Assembly (NCBI GenBank): GCA_964016885.1
Contig: OZ024743.1
Span: 20,398,001 to 20,462,000, forward strand
Direction: 5' to 3'
Source of the DNA: Eledone cirrhosa
Taxonomy: Eukaryota
DNA length: 64,000 nt
Position 1 is the stretch's first letter, and each line of letters opens with the position of its first letter. The notes below the pieces were generated by a model. That model saw nothing but the letters and a program-made list of their open reading frames with translations. It was not told where the DNA came from and searched no databases. Positions 1 through 14,789 of this stretch are shown here, one piece after another. The position numbers and the translations under genes are program-made.

Positions 1-68
1 GCCAATGCTCTAACCACTAAGCCATGTGCCTCCATTGCCATGTGCCTCCATTGCCATGTGCCTCCATT
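1..68 (-). repeat. 5' end of tRNA-derived SINE with 16-bp unit GCCATGTGCCTCCATT present three times
   Basis: Reverse complement GGAGGCACATGGCTTAGTGGTTAGAGCATTGGC matches the SINE head at 1567; three tandem copies of the unit are visible. Confidence 0.75.
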
Positions 69-300
69 ATATGTTTTCATATTTTGCTGGTATAGACATA
101 GCCTTTTTTTTTTTTATAAAGTAAACATATTTTTAATACCATGATATTATTTTACTGATATTTTCTATTTCACATAATATTCCTCTGTTTGAAACATGTT
201 CAGAATTAGAGTGATATGTAAATTGTCTTTGTTTTAGATATTTTTGGTCAATGTGCTGCCTGTCTGTCTGAAGTTTTGTCTATAAATATATATATAATTT

Positions 301-1548
301 CTTCTATGGCTGAACTAGAGAAGATATTCCAAATAAGAAAGCATGGCCTAGAATCCAAAGGCCTTAGTTAACTTGTCTAAAACTAAAGTTCTAGTATGTA
401 GAAAGGAGAATAGGGCGCAGGTTGCCTCTGGGAAATAGCCATGCTCAGTGTGTAAGAAAGGAGTAGGTAGAAGTTCCATTCTATGTCCCAAATGCAAACT
501 ATGGGTACATAAGTACCCATAGTTTGCATTGGGTAAGCTATCTAAGAATGTAGTTTTTATACGTGTCCGATGCTCAGGTGCAGTAAGTAGCGAGTGTCCA
601 CTGGATACTAACTCCTTCAATTGCCCAGGTGGTTCTATAGAAATAGTAGACACTTTCTGTTACCTGGGTGACAAAATCAGCAGTGAGGAGGGTGTTCTGA
701 AAGTACAGTAGCCAGAATTAAAACGGTATGGAAAAAGTTCAGAGAGCTAATACTCCTGTTGGCCACAAAGGGCTTTTCTCTAAAATGGAAGGCAGATTGT
801 ATGATGCTTGTATATGAACTGCAATGTTACATGGTAGTGAGACCTGGGCATTGTGTGCTGAAGACTTACATAGATTAAAAAGAAACAAAGTTTTCATGCT
901 CCGATGGATGTGTAATAGTAATGTACGCAAACAGCAAAGCATAAACGAATTGAGAGAGACTAAGCATAAGAGGTATCAAATGTGTGCAGGAGAGGAGATT
1001 GCATTAGTATGGGCATGTGATACGTATGAAGAACAACAGCTGTATAAGAAAGTCAGAACAATGAAAATTGATGGAAGCTACAGAGTGGGTAGACCAAGAA
1101 AAACCTGGAACGAAGTGATAAAAACTGAACTTGCTCACTTACACCTCTCTAAAACAATGTCACTGGATTGAGATCTTTGGCACTATGCAGTTGTACAGAA
1201 GACCTGCCTTCCCATACATACAAACTTAAACCTACAGTCAGTAGGCACCTCTTAACCCAATATACACCCCACCCACCTCCACACTGTAAAGTGGTCGTGT
1301 AGGTGATACGACAAAAAGCACCCAGTCTACACTGTAAAGTGGTTGTGTAGGAGACATTGCAATAAGGGTCTCAGTCCACACAGTAAATGTGGTTGGTGTT
1401 AGGAAGGGCACCTAGCTGTAGAAAACCTGCCAGAAACAGTTCTGTACGAGCGAGACACGGTCACTGGACCAATCTTGCCTCAAGTAGCACAAACCTGTCC
1501 AACCCATGCTAGCGTGGAAGATGGACGTTAAACGATCATGAGGATGAT
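301..1548 (+). mobile_element. 5'-truncated, degenerate RTE-clade LINE (RT thumb, C-terminus, 3' UTR)
   Basis: Broken frames give GSIEIVDTFCYLGD, MLHGSETW and GRPRKTW; the 3' UTR ends GGACGTTAAACGAT plus a degenerate (GAT)n tail; aligns with the copies at 38.8-41.0 and 59.2-60.6 kb. Confidence 0.9.
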
Positions 1549-1566
1549 ATTTAACAAAGACGATGT

Positions 1567-1903
1567 AGAGGCACATGGCTTAGTGGTTAGAGCATTGGCC
1601 TTGCAATCGAAAGGTTGTGAGTTCAATTCTCAGACCGGGTGATGAGTTGTTTCCTTGAGCAAGACACTTTATTTCACATTGCTCCAGTTTACTCAGCTGT
1701 AGAAATGAGATGATAGGGACTGGGGTCCCTATCATTCCACTGCAAAGTGGTCGTGGAGGTGCCACGGCAAAAAAGCACCCAGCACTCACTGTAAATGAGG
1801 TTGGTGTTAGGGAGGGCATCCAGCTGTAGAAATCAAGCCAGGATCAGTTCCCGTCCCACCCTTGCAAGCAGGGAAAAGTGGATATAAAATGATGATGATG
1901 ATG
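1567..1903 (+). mobile_element. tRNA-derived SINE with RTE-derived 3' tail
   Basis: A-box TGGCTTAGTGG, B-box-like GAGTTCAATTC; tail GGTGTTAGGGAGGGCATCCAGCTGTAGAAA...(GAT)n is shared with the RTE 3' UTR. Confidence 0.85.
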
Positions 1904-2063
1904 TGGTAAGATACCAGATGGACCATAACGCACCAGGTACTCAAAACTTAAGGTAGTAGAGTGGGTAATATGAAAAGAGACGGCTGAACTCTAGCCGTTT
2001 TGACAGCTAGTTCGGATCTAGCTATAGAAACAGCCAGAACTAAGCCATTGGGGTCCTGACACT

Positions 2064-2098
<35 letters not shown>

Positions 2099-3999
2099 CT
2101 GTGAAGGAGACTGAAATAATTTAAAATTTCTGATGTAATTCCTTCAAGTTATTTATAAACACAGACAATACAAGTGTGTGTGGAGAGAGAGAGAGTAGGA
2201 GACAGGCACATATAGGATTTTTTTCCTGTATTCCATTGAAGCTTGTAAACTGATGCTTAGATCTTGATTCTGTAGACAGTATATTTATATCTATATAAAT
2301 ATATGTATTCTTCAACATACTTAGTCTTTAAATATTTATATTATTGTAAATCAATGTGGAAATTACTGTGAACCATCCTGTTGTTTAAAGATTTTTTTCT
2401 AACATGCAAAACTTAGTAAAGATGTGCTCTTTTTTTTATAGACTTTAGGAAAGCAAACATTGATTTCCATTTTATCAGTTACAAGTTTCAGCTATTTGTA
2501 CAGCCAGTGAGCATGGGAATACCATTATTTATCAGAAGAAAATGTAATCCATTTTGATTATATTTCTCCCACCTTCTTTTGTGATGTTTATTTCTCCATG
2601 TGAACTCGGTTTATCTTTTAACTTACATAGATATGTTTAGTTGATTAAATTCTTGCTAAAAGGATAAGTAATTATTGCTCAGTTCCATTTTAGTGTTACA
2701 GCTTTTAGCAAAGTTTTTCCAATTTATTTGGATTATTTTGATATTCAATGTGATTGAAACTTTCTAAAAATAAAATACAAAGTTTAAATTATTTGTTACC
2801 TCGATCTCTTGACTTAATATTTCTTACAATGTTTTTCTAGGGAAGGAATCATTATGTGAATCAATTGCTAAGTAATCTAAGTGACTTGAATTTGAGAATA
2901 ATTTAGAAATAATTGAATTAGAAATATCCATTAATGATTAAATCTGTTACAAATCCGATTTACTAACATGTTCAGAGATTTTGCTCAAAATCTACTAACT
3001 CAATAGTAGTTGTTTGCATTATTTAGTAATTTCTTTTAAAGGTCAAGCATATATGTTAAATTATGTTAAAACCGCGTGACTGCAATTCAGTTGAAAGAAA
3101 CTATGGAGAAGCCTGCCAGATTATACATGTAATTGAAAAGATGTGTCACAGTCATTGTGTCAGGGGATAACGTTAAAGATAAACATGTCTGTTGAATACT
3201 CAGTCACTTATATGCTAATTCAATAAGAAAATGGTTGATTGAACAATAGAATGCTCAATTAGGAAACTGTCAGTGATAACATTTTTGTTACTATAGGGAA
3301 GTAGACGTTAAACGATGATGATGATGATATATAATATTAAGTCATATAATAATGTGGGTCACTCTAATGTTTTATGCTGAAAACAAAGTTTGTCATATTT
3401 TATACTATTATTCATTGAAAATATTTTAGTCCTCAAGGACAACAGAGTTATATCATTTTGTAAACCAAATTATTCTTATAGAATCAAATAAGAAATAAAT
3501 AGATAAATAAATATTTCTATAACTATTTGTTTGTAAGTTGCTGGTGAATATAAAATAAGAAATTATCTTTATTTCCATTTTCTATTAAATGTATATATAA
3601 ACAATCTGTTTGTTTTTACTACCATTATCATTATTTCAACTGCTAATTCTCTATTGTAATGCCAAAAAATGTTGATATTTCTTAAAATTTTATTACTTTA
3701 TTTCAAAGAATATCTTTTTTTTTGGTGAACTGATACAATTCATAGTTATATTTTGTGATTAAGCAAAAGTATATTTAACAATATATATGTGTTTATATTT
3801 CTGAAATAGTATTTGAACATTACTGAATCACAAGGGTCAGTATTTAATGCTGTCCAACATAATGTTTTTGGAGATAAAACTTATATATTAGCAGTAGCAC
3901 TAACATAGCATAATTCATAATAGATGATTATGAAAGCATATGCAATATGTTTATATATAATAAACATATTGTATATGCCTTTATATTTGCCTCTATTGT

Positions 4000-4520
4000 A
4001 TATCATCATCATCATTTTACATTTGCTTTTCCATGCTTGCATGGATTGGATGCCTCTTCTCCAGCAAAACTTCCCTTCACTCACAGCTTTCCTCCATCAT
4101 ATCCTCTGTGAGGTTCAGTGTTTTGAGATTAACTCTTACCGCCTCTACTCAGGTTTTGCAGCTTTGCTCCACTGGCGTTACCAGTGTTCCTAGTCCATAA
4201 ACATCACATATCCATACCAGCACAGTCTTTTCTCATGAATATTACAGCTGATTCCATTTACACCCAGCTTTTTGTCGATCATGCACACAAACATTTCACA
4301 TCCAATGAAGCATGCTTACTTCATTTCTTCCCAGTTTCTGTATGCTTTCTACACTCGTGTCATGCAATATTACACTTCTCATGCAGGCAGCATACAATCC
4401 ATCCTTTGCTTGTAGAGAAAATTAATTTATTATCAACAGAGGTAGTAGCCTCATGAACGTTTCCCAGCTTGATCTTATTCTATCTACTATGTTTACAGAA
4501 CAACTCCTTCCATTGATAAT
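4000..4520 (-). mobile_element. old RTE LINE 3' remnant
   Basis: (CAT)n tail on the + strand, TTTTCCATGCTTGCATGG, and degenerate similarity to the RTE C-terminal coding region. Confidence 0.5.
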
Positions 4521-6699
4521 TAGGTCACCTAACAGAAACTATAAACTATTTCAATGGAACCTTTCAAAGATTGCAAACAGCTTATTAATTGTGTGTAATC
4601 TTAGTAATAGTTATTTATTAATAGCTAATTTATAAAGAAAAAATCATTGTAAGATAATTATTTGCATAAAGGAAGGCATATTGGAAGTTTAAATATAGTA
4701 TATTTTATCTGTATTAAGGTTTGCAATTTGTGTTGCCAATCAGATTGTTTATAGAAAATACTGATGCAATCACCTGTTGTTAAATTATAAAGAAAATTCA
4801 CTGAATAAAAAACTGTGTATAAGAAATTAATGTGATATAATAAAATGACAAAAATTACTTCTGGGATTTCTAAACGAATTGGACATGTTTGTGTTGTTAC
4901 ATATATAATAAGTTGAATCTTGTGCTTTTGTCTTTCCCAGTACTTAACAAGATATAAAGTTAGTTGTTAAAAGGGTAGCAAAGATGTTAATATGTCTTAA
5001 ATAAAAGTAATATGTTTTGACTGCTAATTTAATTTATATTCCACTATCATAATCCTTATAAATATTTTCATGCTTGTTTTGATTTTCGTTAGGATGGGTT
5101 GGACATCATTATAATTATAATGGAGCCATATCACATAAATTATTATATTACTATATTTAGTTTTATACAAAAATCAACAGTAAAAGGTGATGAATAGGCA
5201 GTGTCATTAGAATGAGGATAGAATGCCTTGCAGTATTTAAGTCAACTCAACTCTCCACACCCAGTATTCAAAACCTGCCAAAGTAAACTTTTCCTTTATT
5301 CTTTTTGAGGTTTAAAAAAAGAGCAAGGTGATGGACTGGTAGAATAGTTAGTGTCAGGCAAGATGTCGTATAGTATTTATTCAAAGCATTCTGAGTTCCA
5401 GTTCCAGCTGCTATCATCAACCTCCCTTGTACCAGAAAACAAGTCATTTGGCCTGTGTTTGGCAAGAAAGTTGGAGGTCTGTGGTAAAATAGAATAATAA
5501 ATTAAAATTTTTTTATTTTGCTATTCTCCAAATTCTACATTAATATTATTGAAGCATAGATAGATCTGGCAATCGATCTTATTGACAAGATTGTTTTAAC
5601 ACAATTTTATACATGGCTGTTATGTTATATTTTCATTGTATATCATATTGCAGTCTTACTAGTGGCTTTATCTAATTGAATTTTATTTGTTCTCTAATTG
5701 AAACATTTTCACCTTGTGGTTGACAGAACGGAAGACAAATCTGTGAAAACATTTTTTTTTTCAATCTATAATTTACTGTTTGTCATCAGTATGACATATT
5801 TTAAAATTATTTTTATCATCATTTTCTTTTTATTGCTGTTTTGTATTTGGTTTTGTATAGTTGTTCATGTAATTGAATTATGTTATTCCATATGAGTTCT
5901 ATTGAATATTATTAAGAAACACTATAGACTGTTGCTATTTTCAATTATAAATTCTGATCCTGTTCTATAAATATATGACCATGAGGTATAAGTAATCAAA
6001 TTATATCACTAGATATTGATAAAATTGCTTTTATTGACAATACAACTATTACGGATAGAAAAGTGCAAGATGCTGGTGATATTTTTCTGTTATATCTTCG
6101 TTATTTGAAAATTCTTAGCTTTATCAAATTTCTGACCATTTTGTCTACAGATATAGTATATTTCTAAATATGTTTTATGTGACTATTAACAAGTGAGCTT
6201 ATGTTATTAGATCAAATTTCAATTAGTTCTACAGTGTTTATGGTCCTTGTATGGAAACCAGCAGCAATACCAGCAAAGTTATCACTAGATTAATATTCCT
6301 TTTTTTAAGTTAATTTTATTTTCATGTGGGTAATTAATTACACAAACAATGAAATTATAAGCGTTTATATATTCATATTATACAATAATAACTTAATTAT
6401 TATTTCATTAATTTAATAACTAGTTTCAGGTTTTTTTGCCCAACACCATTTTTTTTTGTGCACACACACACGTACAATCTCATTCTATCTCATTCTCTCT
6501 CGTCCCCCCCCTCTCTCTCTCTCGTCCCCCCCTCTCTCTCTCTCTCTTCAGAGATGAAAAGGACTTTGCCTTTGACCCTTTTCTGAAACTCTGAAACTGG
6601 TGGGATATAGGGAGGAAGGTACCCCCCACCTGAAGACGTTTTCCCAAATGCTAAAGTCACCAATGGTCTAGGTGGTAGTATTAAACTGAGTGATAGATT

Positions 6700-7820
6700 T
6701 TTTACCACCCAATAAGCAGTAGCAGAATCTAAATTCAGAACACAAAGAAAGATGAACAGAGATATCCAGAGTGTATACTGCAAAGCAGTTTCTCCTACAC
6801 TTTAATGACTGCCAAAACATTACACATTCATCTTATATCTTTCCAGCTAACACAGGTTTTCTGCATGAAAGGCCGAAGTCTCTCTACTATTCAGCATTGT
6901 AGTCTGTATTCAATCATGATAGTATTTACCCTTTCAAAGAAAAACCTTTTGTTGTCAGATGTAATATCTCTCTAACCTTTTCCCACCCATTCTTTTCTTA
7001 ACGCTACTATGCTTTTGGCACAGCTACCTCCATTACTGATGAGATCACCTAGGCTGCAGGAGCTATCTGAGCATTTGAAGGAATTTACTTTGCGTTCTTA
7101 CTGTTAACCACTCCAGTGCATCTATCACATACAAAGTTTGTTTTTGTCAGCCTACCTGTAATGTTATTACACCTATTGCATTCTGTAGGGAATTTCTGCC
7201 TACTTTTTTTCTCCATAAAAAGCAGGTTCAATTCTCTGAAACTGAGTCCTATCTTCTTTCCTACTTACCAAAACTTCAGTGTTCAGTTTATTTTGAGGCG
7301 TTTTAGTTCTAGGTTTTGCTTCCATATCTGAAATTTCTTCTCTAGCCCTTGAGTTTCGACAATGAGTACCAGATCATCTGCATACATGATTTTCCTTGGT
7401 CTGCTGGTCTTAAACTTTTCTATTATAACCTGAAAGACTATAAGAAATAGGGACTGAGGAGTGAATCTTCATGGAACCCTATTTTCACACTAAATTCATC
7501 ACTATCTTCATTCCTGACTTTCATCTTACTGACTACCTCTTTGCATACCATTCTAGATTCTTTAGCATCTACCAGATCTTAAAGCAAGACACACTACCAA
7601 AGACCTTCTCTAGATCAAATTCTAACTAAGGAGGCTCATTCCTAACCATGTACTTCTATTGAAGTTATGTGGGTGATGGCATCTGTAATAACTCTTTCTG
7701 GAACAAATTTAAACTGCATCCCACTTACTTTAATTCTGCTTTTAATCAATTTCGCAATAACCTTTTCTGCAATTCTCATAACCCAGTCCAGCAATTTGTT
7801 GCCTCTGTACTTGCCTCAAT
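6700..7820 (-). mobile_element. highly decayed RTE LINE RT remnant
   Basis: Reverse complement near 7380-7530 resembles the GVHQGSVLSPLLF...YADD region of the younger RTE copies; many stops and indels. Confidence 0.55.
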
Positions 7821-9464
7821 CAGCACCTTAGCCCCCCCCCCCCCTCATTGCCAATTTGCAAGATTTGGCATTTTTCTTTGTTTTTCTTTTTATGTTTTTC
7901 AATATCTTTAGTTCTGGTTCATAAATTTAGTGGTATAAATTGAAGTTATTAGCTATCCATTTTACTGTATTTCTTGATTTTTAATTTCTGTGTTATAATA
8001 CTCTATAAGATCAGTTAAACTATAATAATTGTTGATTCAATTTCTAATTCAATTTCTAAATCAAATAGAAATTGAGTATGTGCCTCTATATGACAAACTA
8101 TTGCAACAGATTCATATTTTTGCTATGGAGTTTATTTATTTATTTATTTATGTAAGTTATATTTTATCCATCTATTTTTATTGATATTCAAAATATAACG
8201 ATCTTAATCTCACTATTGAAGACTATTAAAAAAATATATGTATTGATTTTCTCAAAGCTGCCTGTAGTTATATTATTTTTTAAAATAATATTATTTTTAG
8301 CAATTAAAAATATTTTGTGAAAACTTGGTTCTTAAGCTCTTGACATTAGGTCCAATATTGACATGTTTAATGGTTAAAAAATGTTGCACGTTAATTTCCT
8401 CTTTTAAAGAATTCTTCTCAAGAGAATCATTGAACTTAATCTCTTAGTGTTCATGAAATCTGCCCAAAGCTGATTGAAGAAAATATCCTTTTTAGGTTGA
8501 CCTTTTTAATAGTGTTTTTACTTCCATTTTTGTTTTACTTAAAAGAAAGAAACAAAGAAATAATAGTAATACAGGGTAGATTTTGAAAATTTGAAATAAT
8601 CTAAAATCTGAAAATTTATAAAATATAAAAACTTTAAAAAAAATTTTTTTTTTTAGAAATATACATTTTATATATGAGACAGAATTGTATTATTTGAGAA
8701 ATTTATTTGTTTGTCCTTTATGGATTTCATTTACAATAAATTGGAGTTATATATTTTTAATTTTCTTGCAGTTTTAAAAGAATATGTTGATCTTTAGTGA
8801 AGGATTGTAATGTAATTTAAATTATTTAAGGTCATTGAAAAATCTAGAAATGTGCCAAAGAAAATCTTTTTTAGATATAGATTAAAACCAAAGGAGAATG
8901 AAATATAAACAATGAAAATCAATTATATATGGAGTCACTAGCAAGACTTTCTTTAAAATTATTGGAAATGTTGGCAAAATATATCCTGCATAGAAATATC
9001 TAACTATATATAGCAGTTATATCATCATCATCGTTTTTACGTTGACTTTTCCAAGCTGGCATGTGTTGGACTGGGCCTTTTAAGACAATGTTTTACACTC
9101 AGATGCCCTTCTTTTAGTCACTTCTTATGACACACTAGGATATGGTGTACCTGTTCAAAATTGGATACACATGGAAAAGTCATGTTTTCAAATAAATAAA
9201 TTTGTTGTTTTGTTTTAAGATACCCAGAATATAAAATTGGATACACTGGATTGTAAATGTTTTACTACAAATTAGTAATTTATGAATTATATCTCACCAG
9301 TAAACTATTATAAATTAGAGCAAATATATATATGTCCCCCTTAGATCCCTGGGAATTTTCCTCAGAATGTTCAGCATCAATCTTGATCAGATGACACCAT
9401 GCTGTTTTGCCTTCTGCTCATTGTTACAATGACTTTGTGCTCTTCATCTGTTTATGTGTCTATG

Positions 9465-9792
<328 letters not shown>

Positions 9793-11649
9793 TAAAATGA
9801 GTTGTTGGATAAAAGTTTCTGAAAAGCATGGGTGGGGTGATAATCAATTGTGTTACATGCAAGCCAGGAAACTAAAGTTGTGTTGAAAGAGGAAATATAT
9901 TTGAAACATGAATTACTTACAAGCATTTCTGTTAGATTAGTCATCCTTCAAACTGTTATTCACTAATTGGTTTTATGTAACCCCCCCCCCCCCCCCCCCC
10001 TCCTTGTTTTGTGTAGCATATTTTCTGTTTTAATTTGTTATTTAGTAACTTTATACTCTTTGAAAATACAATTTACATTTTGAAATCAATGATATCAAGT
10101 AACTATATCTTTAAAGATTTGAAAACTACTAATTTTAAATTATTTACAGAAATTTAATTTGGATTTACATATTTGTAAAAGATATCCTTTTTTTCTTTAG
10201 TTTCTATTATTATTTAAGACTCCCTTTTTACTTTGAGTTTGAATTTCACTTGAAGTTGAATTTATTTTTATGATGGGAACATAAAATATTCTTTAACCAT
10301 TATTTGATATATTTAACTAAATATATATTGTATTAAATCTCTAATTAAGTGTTTTGGTTTTAAATATATTAAAAACTCCTTGAAAGTAGGGCCATAATTT
10401 GTTATATATTAAACATTCTTTGTCTGTGTGTATGTTCTGTTTTCTCTCGTACATTGTGTTATGAATCTCTTCCTACTCCTCATTTCATTTTCATCTGTTC
10501 CTGTTTCTTTGTATGTAGTTATCAGCTAATTCTCTATCACTACAGTGCTGAATCAATGTGTTTAATACTCTACCTTTTACTGCCATTCTCACTCTCATAT
10601 TATTTCAATCTCTTATTTCCACTCATCAATATTTTCCCTTATCTTTCATTTATTGTCTTTCCTTTCTCTCATGCTTTCTGTCTCTCCCACCTTATCTTTT
10701 ATACTTTCAATTTCTCTGCATGCAGTTTTATTCTTTGACTTAAAATTGCGTTAAATTATTTATTCTGTAGGCACAAGGCTAGAAATTTTGATCAATATAA
10801 CAGTGAAGTGATGGTCAATATGACAGTTGATTATATCGACCTGTACTTAACTGCTTCTTATTTTATCAATCCAAGAAAGATGTAAGATATTGATAAGGCC
10901 ACAGAAGAAACCATCTTACAATTACAATATTCTTTCCATCGTTGTCACTTCTGCTTATCTTCATCATTTTAACTTCTCTGAATGACACTTTCTGTCTCAT
11001 ACTATTACAGTAACTTACATCCACACTCTTACTTCTCTCCTCTTTTATTTTGTGTCTTTCTTTTCTCTCCTCTTTTATTTTTTGTCTTTCTTTTCTCTCC
11101 AACTTTACATTTCTGTAGTATCTCTGTAAGTTAATTTTTTTTCTTTTATTAATTATGTTTCTACCAATAATACTACAGAAATGTCATTCCACACTTACAA
11201 ATTTAAGCAAGCTCTAAAGGTAACAGAAACAAATAAGTGGAAATCCTGTTTTGCTCATAACTATTTCTACGTATGATGTTCAAGTGTTGAACACCCTCCC
11301 CAAAAGAAATACCTCTTATTTATGCCATTATAAACAATTGTGCCTCTTGATGAGTTGTTATGATAGTGTTCAGAATTCCTAAGGCTATGATTATGATAAC
11401 TATAGATCTAATATCAGAATTTGAGATTTTTCACACTTCTTAATGTCATGATATTTCTTTATTTCTTCAAGTACAATATTTGGATGTTATGAGAAGAGTT
11501 TTATTCCAATCAGTGGTTTATCTCCAGTTTTTACAGATTTTTAAATACAATTAAGAATGTAATAACTTCAAGGAAAACGATAATGTATTAAGTTCAATAG
11601 TAGTCTCAAATTAATTTTACTTAATCCAGTGTTATTATTTGATATATGA

Positions 11650-11870
11650 AGGACGTTGGCTTAGCAGTATTGGTAGAGCATCGGACAACATGCTTTGCAG
11701 CATAGTTATGGTCCCTTACGTTCTGATTTCAAATCCCGCCATGGTTAGCTTTGCATTTCATCCCTACGGGGCCGATAAAATAAAGTATTAGTCACACGCT
11801 GGGATTGATTTAAAAGATTTTCCCCTCCCCCAAAATTGTGGGGCTTGTGCCGAAATTGGAAACTATTATT
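11650..11870 (+). mobile_element. tRNA-derived SINE (MetaSINE-like core)
   Basis: Head GGCAGTATTGGTAGAGCATCGGAC-like, B-box-like TTCAAATCCC, core TTTCATCCCTACGGGGCCGATAAAATAAAGTA. Confidence 0.7.
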
Positions 11871-13369
11871 TGATATACAGGAAGTAGATATATGGCATTT
11901 ACTCAGTTGAATTATGAATATAGTAGTCATTTTGAGCCAAGTGCAGTAGATAACAGAATGCTATAAATGTTTTGAGGAAAACATTTCTTATATGAAAGAG
12001 AAATCAAATAGTGTTTTATTAAAACAAATATATCTTCATTAAGAACAATTCTAGTACATTTATATCTCCTTTTTTGGACACTTCACACTATGAGACAAGT
12101 GTTTGAAATATTTTGATGCTTATCTTATTATATTCCTATATAGAGATTGCTATCTTAGATTGAGATTCAGATGTTTAGCTTATCAATTGTGATTGGAATT
12201 TCAGTTTTATTTATCAAACTGCTGAGAAGCTGACTGGAAATCCATTACTTACAAAATTGCCCGCTGAAGTGAACTTGATTGTTCAACACATATTTAGAAT
12301 ATTCTCAGATTCGCTAGCCATTTTTACATTATTTGATCTCGATTTAGCTTCTTCCTCTTTTGTTTGGGTTATTAAATGAAGTAGTTTATATGTGCAGTGT
12401 TAGTGTATAGTTACTCTCTTTAATCATATATGAAAAGCTTCAAAATAAAATTAGTTTAATTTATAACATAAAACCTAACCTATTGTCTAATTTTGCTCTA
12501 GATGAGTAATTTTCAATCCTTCCAATTTTCAAGGATATTTTGTTTTCTCATTTTCTAATAAGCTCTATTTGCTACCCATTATTGACATTCACATTAAATT
12601 TAGTTCATGTGGGAATGTTACTATGCAACAACGCTTACACACATTAATTTATAAGTTGAGAAATTAAATCTTTATCGATTTACTTTCCAATACTTTAATC
12701 ATTTTGAAAAGATATTTTTACCTGGATTATATCGCCTTATTAATTTCAAATTTAGGAACAAAGTCAGAAAGTTTGAGGGAAGGGCAAAAGTGATTAGATC
12801 AATGCTAGTACTTGATTGTTACTTTATTTTATCAACCCCAGAATGAGGAAAGGCTAAGTTCACCTCCATGGGATTTGAGAGAGAAAGAAATATTGTGTCT
12901 GTGTCCTAGTATTTGTAATTGTTCTCAAAACATGAATTATATTAGGAAAACAAAAAGGGTAGGATTATTAGTGAAATACCTGTGAGGTTAAGTGAAACTC
13001 TTACTGTAGCCATTATGCAAGATACTAGACTGGTTATTTTCCTCTTTATATTGAAGTGAAGAGGCAATGAAATAGCTTCAATAGACACTCCACAATTGAT
13101 GAATAAGGTAGCTTTTGACATCTACAAGATTATGAAAGTAAGAAATATGTTGTACAGAGTAATTTCTTATGATTGCAGTTTGAAGGAAGATGTTTTGTGT
13201 AAAATATTGATTGAAAATTTTGAGAATGAGAAACAATAAGTAATGAGAAGAGAAAATTGCGAATCAGATAGATTTAAGACGGACTTTGTTCAGAGCTAGC
13301 TAATTCAGAAGAATAGGAACCTTTTAAAATGTGTTGTGGTATAGGAAGAGTCAATTATATCTGTATTTA

Positions 13370-14581
13370 CAAGGATGGGCTAAAAAGTTCATAGACTGAT
13401 TATGAAGGAATGATGCTAGAGCAGTGAAATCTTGCATCCATTAATTTCAGCTTTTCTTATTAACTACATTGTTTCTTTTCAAGTAAACTGACATCTAACT
13501 GTTCAAAGACTTCAAAAGTAACTAGAAGCAACTTCTTTTGAAAATATACAAAAATTTGGCATTATTGTATTATCAAATACCTGCAGAAAAAGGGTTTATT
13601 CCTCCAATGACATTTATGCTGACATGGTTGTTATAATAGATGATGACACCCCAGCTTTATCAACAGTGCAAAAGTGGGCAGCTGAATTTAGGAGGGGAAG
13701 GGAGAATATTGAAGATGACCTAAGGTCTGGACGCCCTGCAACTGCCACTACCAAAGAAAACATTGATTGTGTTTACCACATAGTGATGGATGACAGGTGA
13801 TTGATGAGAAATCAATTAGTCAATGCTATCAGCATATCCCATGAGAAATTTGGGAATATTTTGCACAGTGAACTCATCATGATAAACGTTTCTGCTCTGT
13901 TGTTGCCATGCTTCTGAAACCTGATCAAAAGAGGACCAGGCTGATCAAATCATGGGAAAATCTGATTCCACTGGTTTCCTTGGGTTCATCACTTTAAGCC
14001 AGAGACTACACTATGTATGCAGTGGAAACACCACTTCTCACATGCTCCAAAGAAGGCCAAGGTCATTTCATCTGTAGGGAAAGTGATGGCATTGTTTATT
14101 GACTATCTTCAAACGGGCCACACCATTAATGAAGGGTACTATGCGAACTTACTGAAGCAGTTATAAAAGGCTGTAAACACCAAATGGTGAGGAAAACTGA
14201 TGAAAAGGTCTTGTTTCATCAGGAAAATGCTCCAGTACACAAGTCCTTGGTTTCAATGGATGCTGTGCATGACTGTCACTTTCAACTTGTTGATTACCCT
14301 CCCTATTCTTCTGATTCGGCCCCATCTGACTATTATCTGTTCCCCAACATGAAAATAGACTTCACTGGTAACCAGTATCACAGTGATGATGCCATATCTG
14401 CTGTTGATGACTTTCTTGACCAACAGAAAAAAATCCTCTTCACTAATGGGATCCAACCACAGCAACACCAATGGAGGAATTGTGTAGACTGCAAGAGGGT
14501 CTATGTTGGAAAATAAACCTCATTTGGTCAGATTCCATGAGAGTATCTTGATCAGCTTATGGACTTTTCAGTCGACCCTCA
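13370..14581 (+). mobile_element. decayed mariner (Tc1/mariner, DD34D-type) DNA transposon
   Basis: Imperfect ~31-bp TIRs (CAAGGATGGGCTAAAAAGTTCATAGACTGAT vs reverse complement TGAGGGTCGACTGAAAAGTCCATAAGCTGAT); TA on both flanks (13368-69, 14582-83). Confidence 0.92.
13543..14516 (+). pseudogene. mariner transposase pseudogene
   Basis: ORF 14184-14516 has HQENAPVH (HxDNAPxH), YPPYSSDSAPSDYYLFPNMK (YSPDLAPSDY) and ends YVGK*; upstream part has stops, frameshifts and an apparent deletion at the first catalytic D. Confidence 0.9.
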
Positions 14582-14789
14582 TAGTATGTTAATGACTGAG
14601 TGTTTAGCAATCTGATAATCTTTTTATTGATGCGGTCATGAATATTATGTATGTACCAGTTTCTCACCACAAACATATGAACAACACTCTTGGAATGCAT
14701 CTGTTTTATATAGATCAATGGCTGTTTATAGCTGAGATAGTTTCTAAAAGGAAAGCCTAGCTTTTAAGATGTATATTTAGCTAGAGTAT

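Noticed and set aside
1567-1640. tRNA-like sequence with A and B boxes
   Set aside because: No complete cloverleaf; continues into a SINE body.
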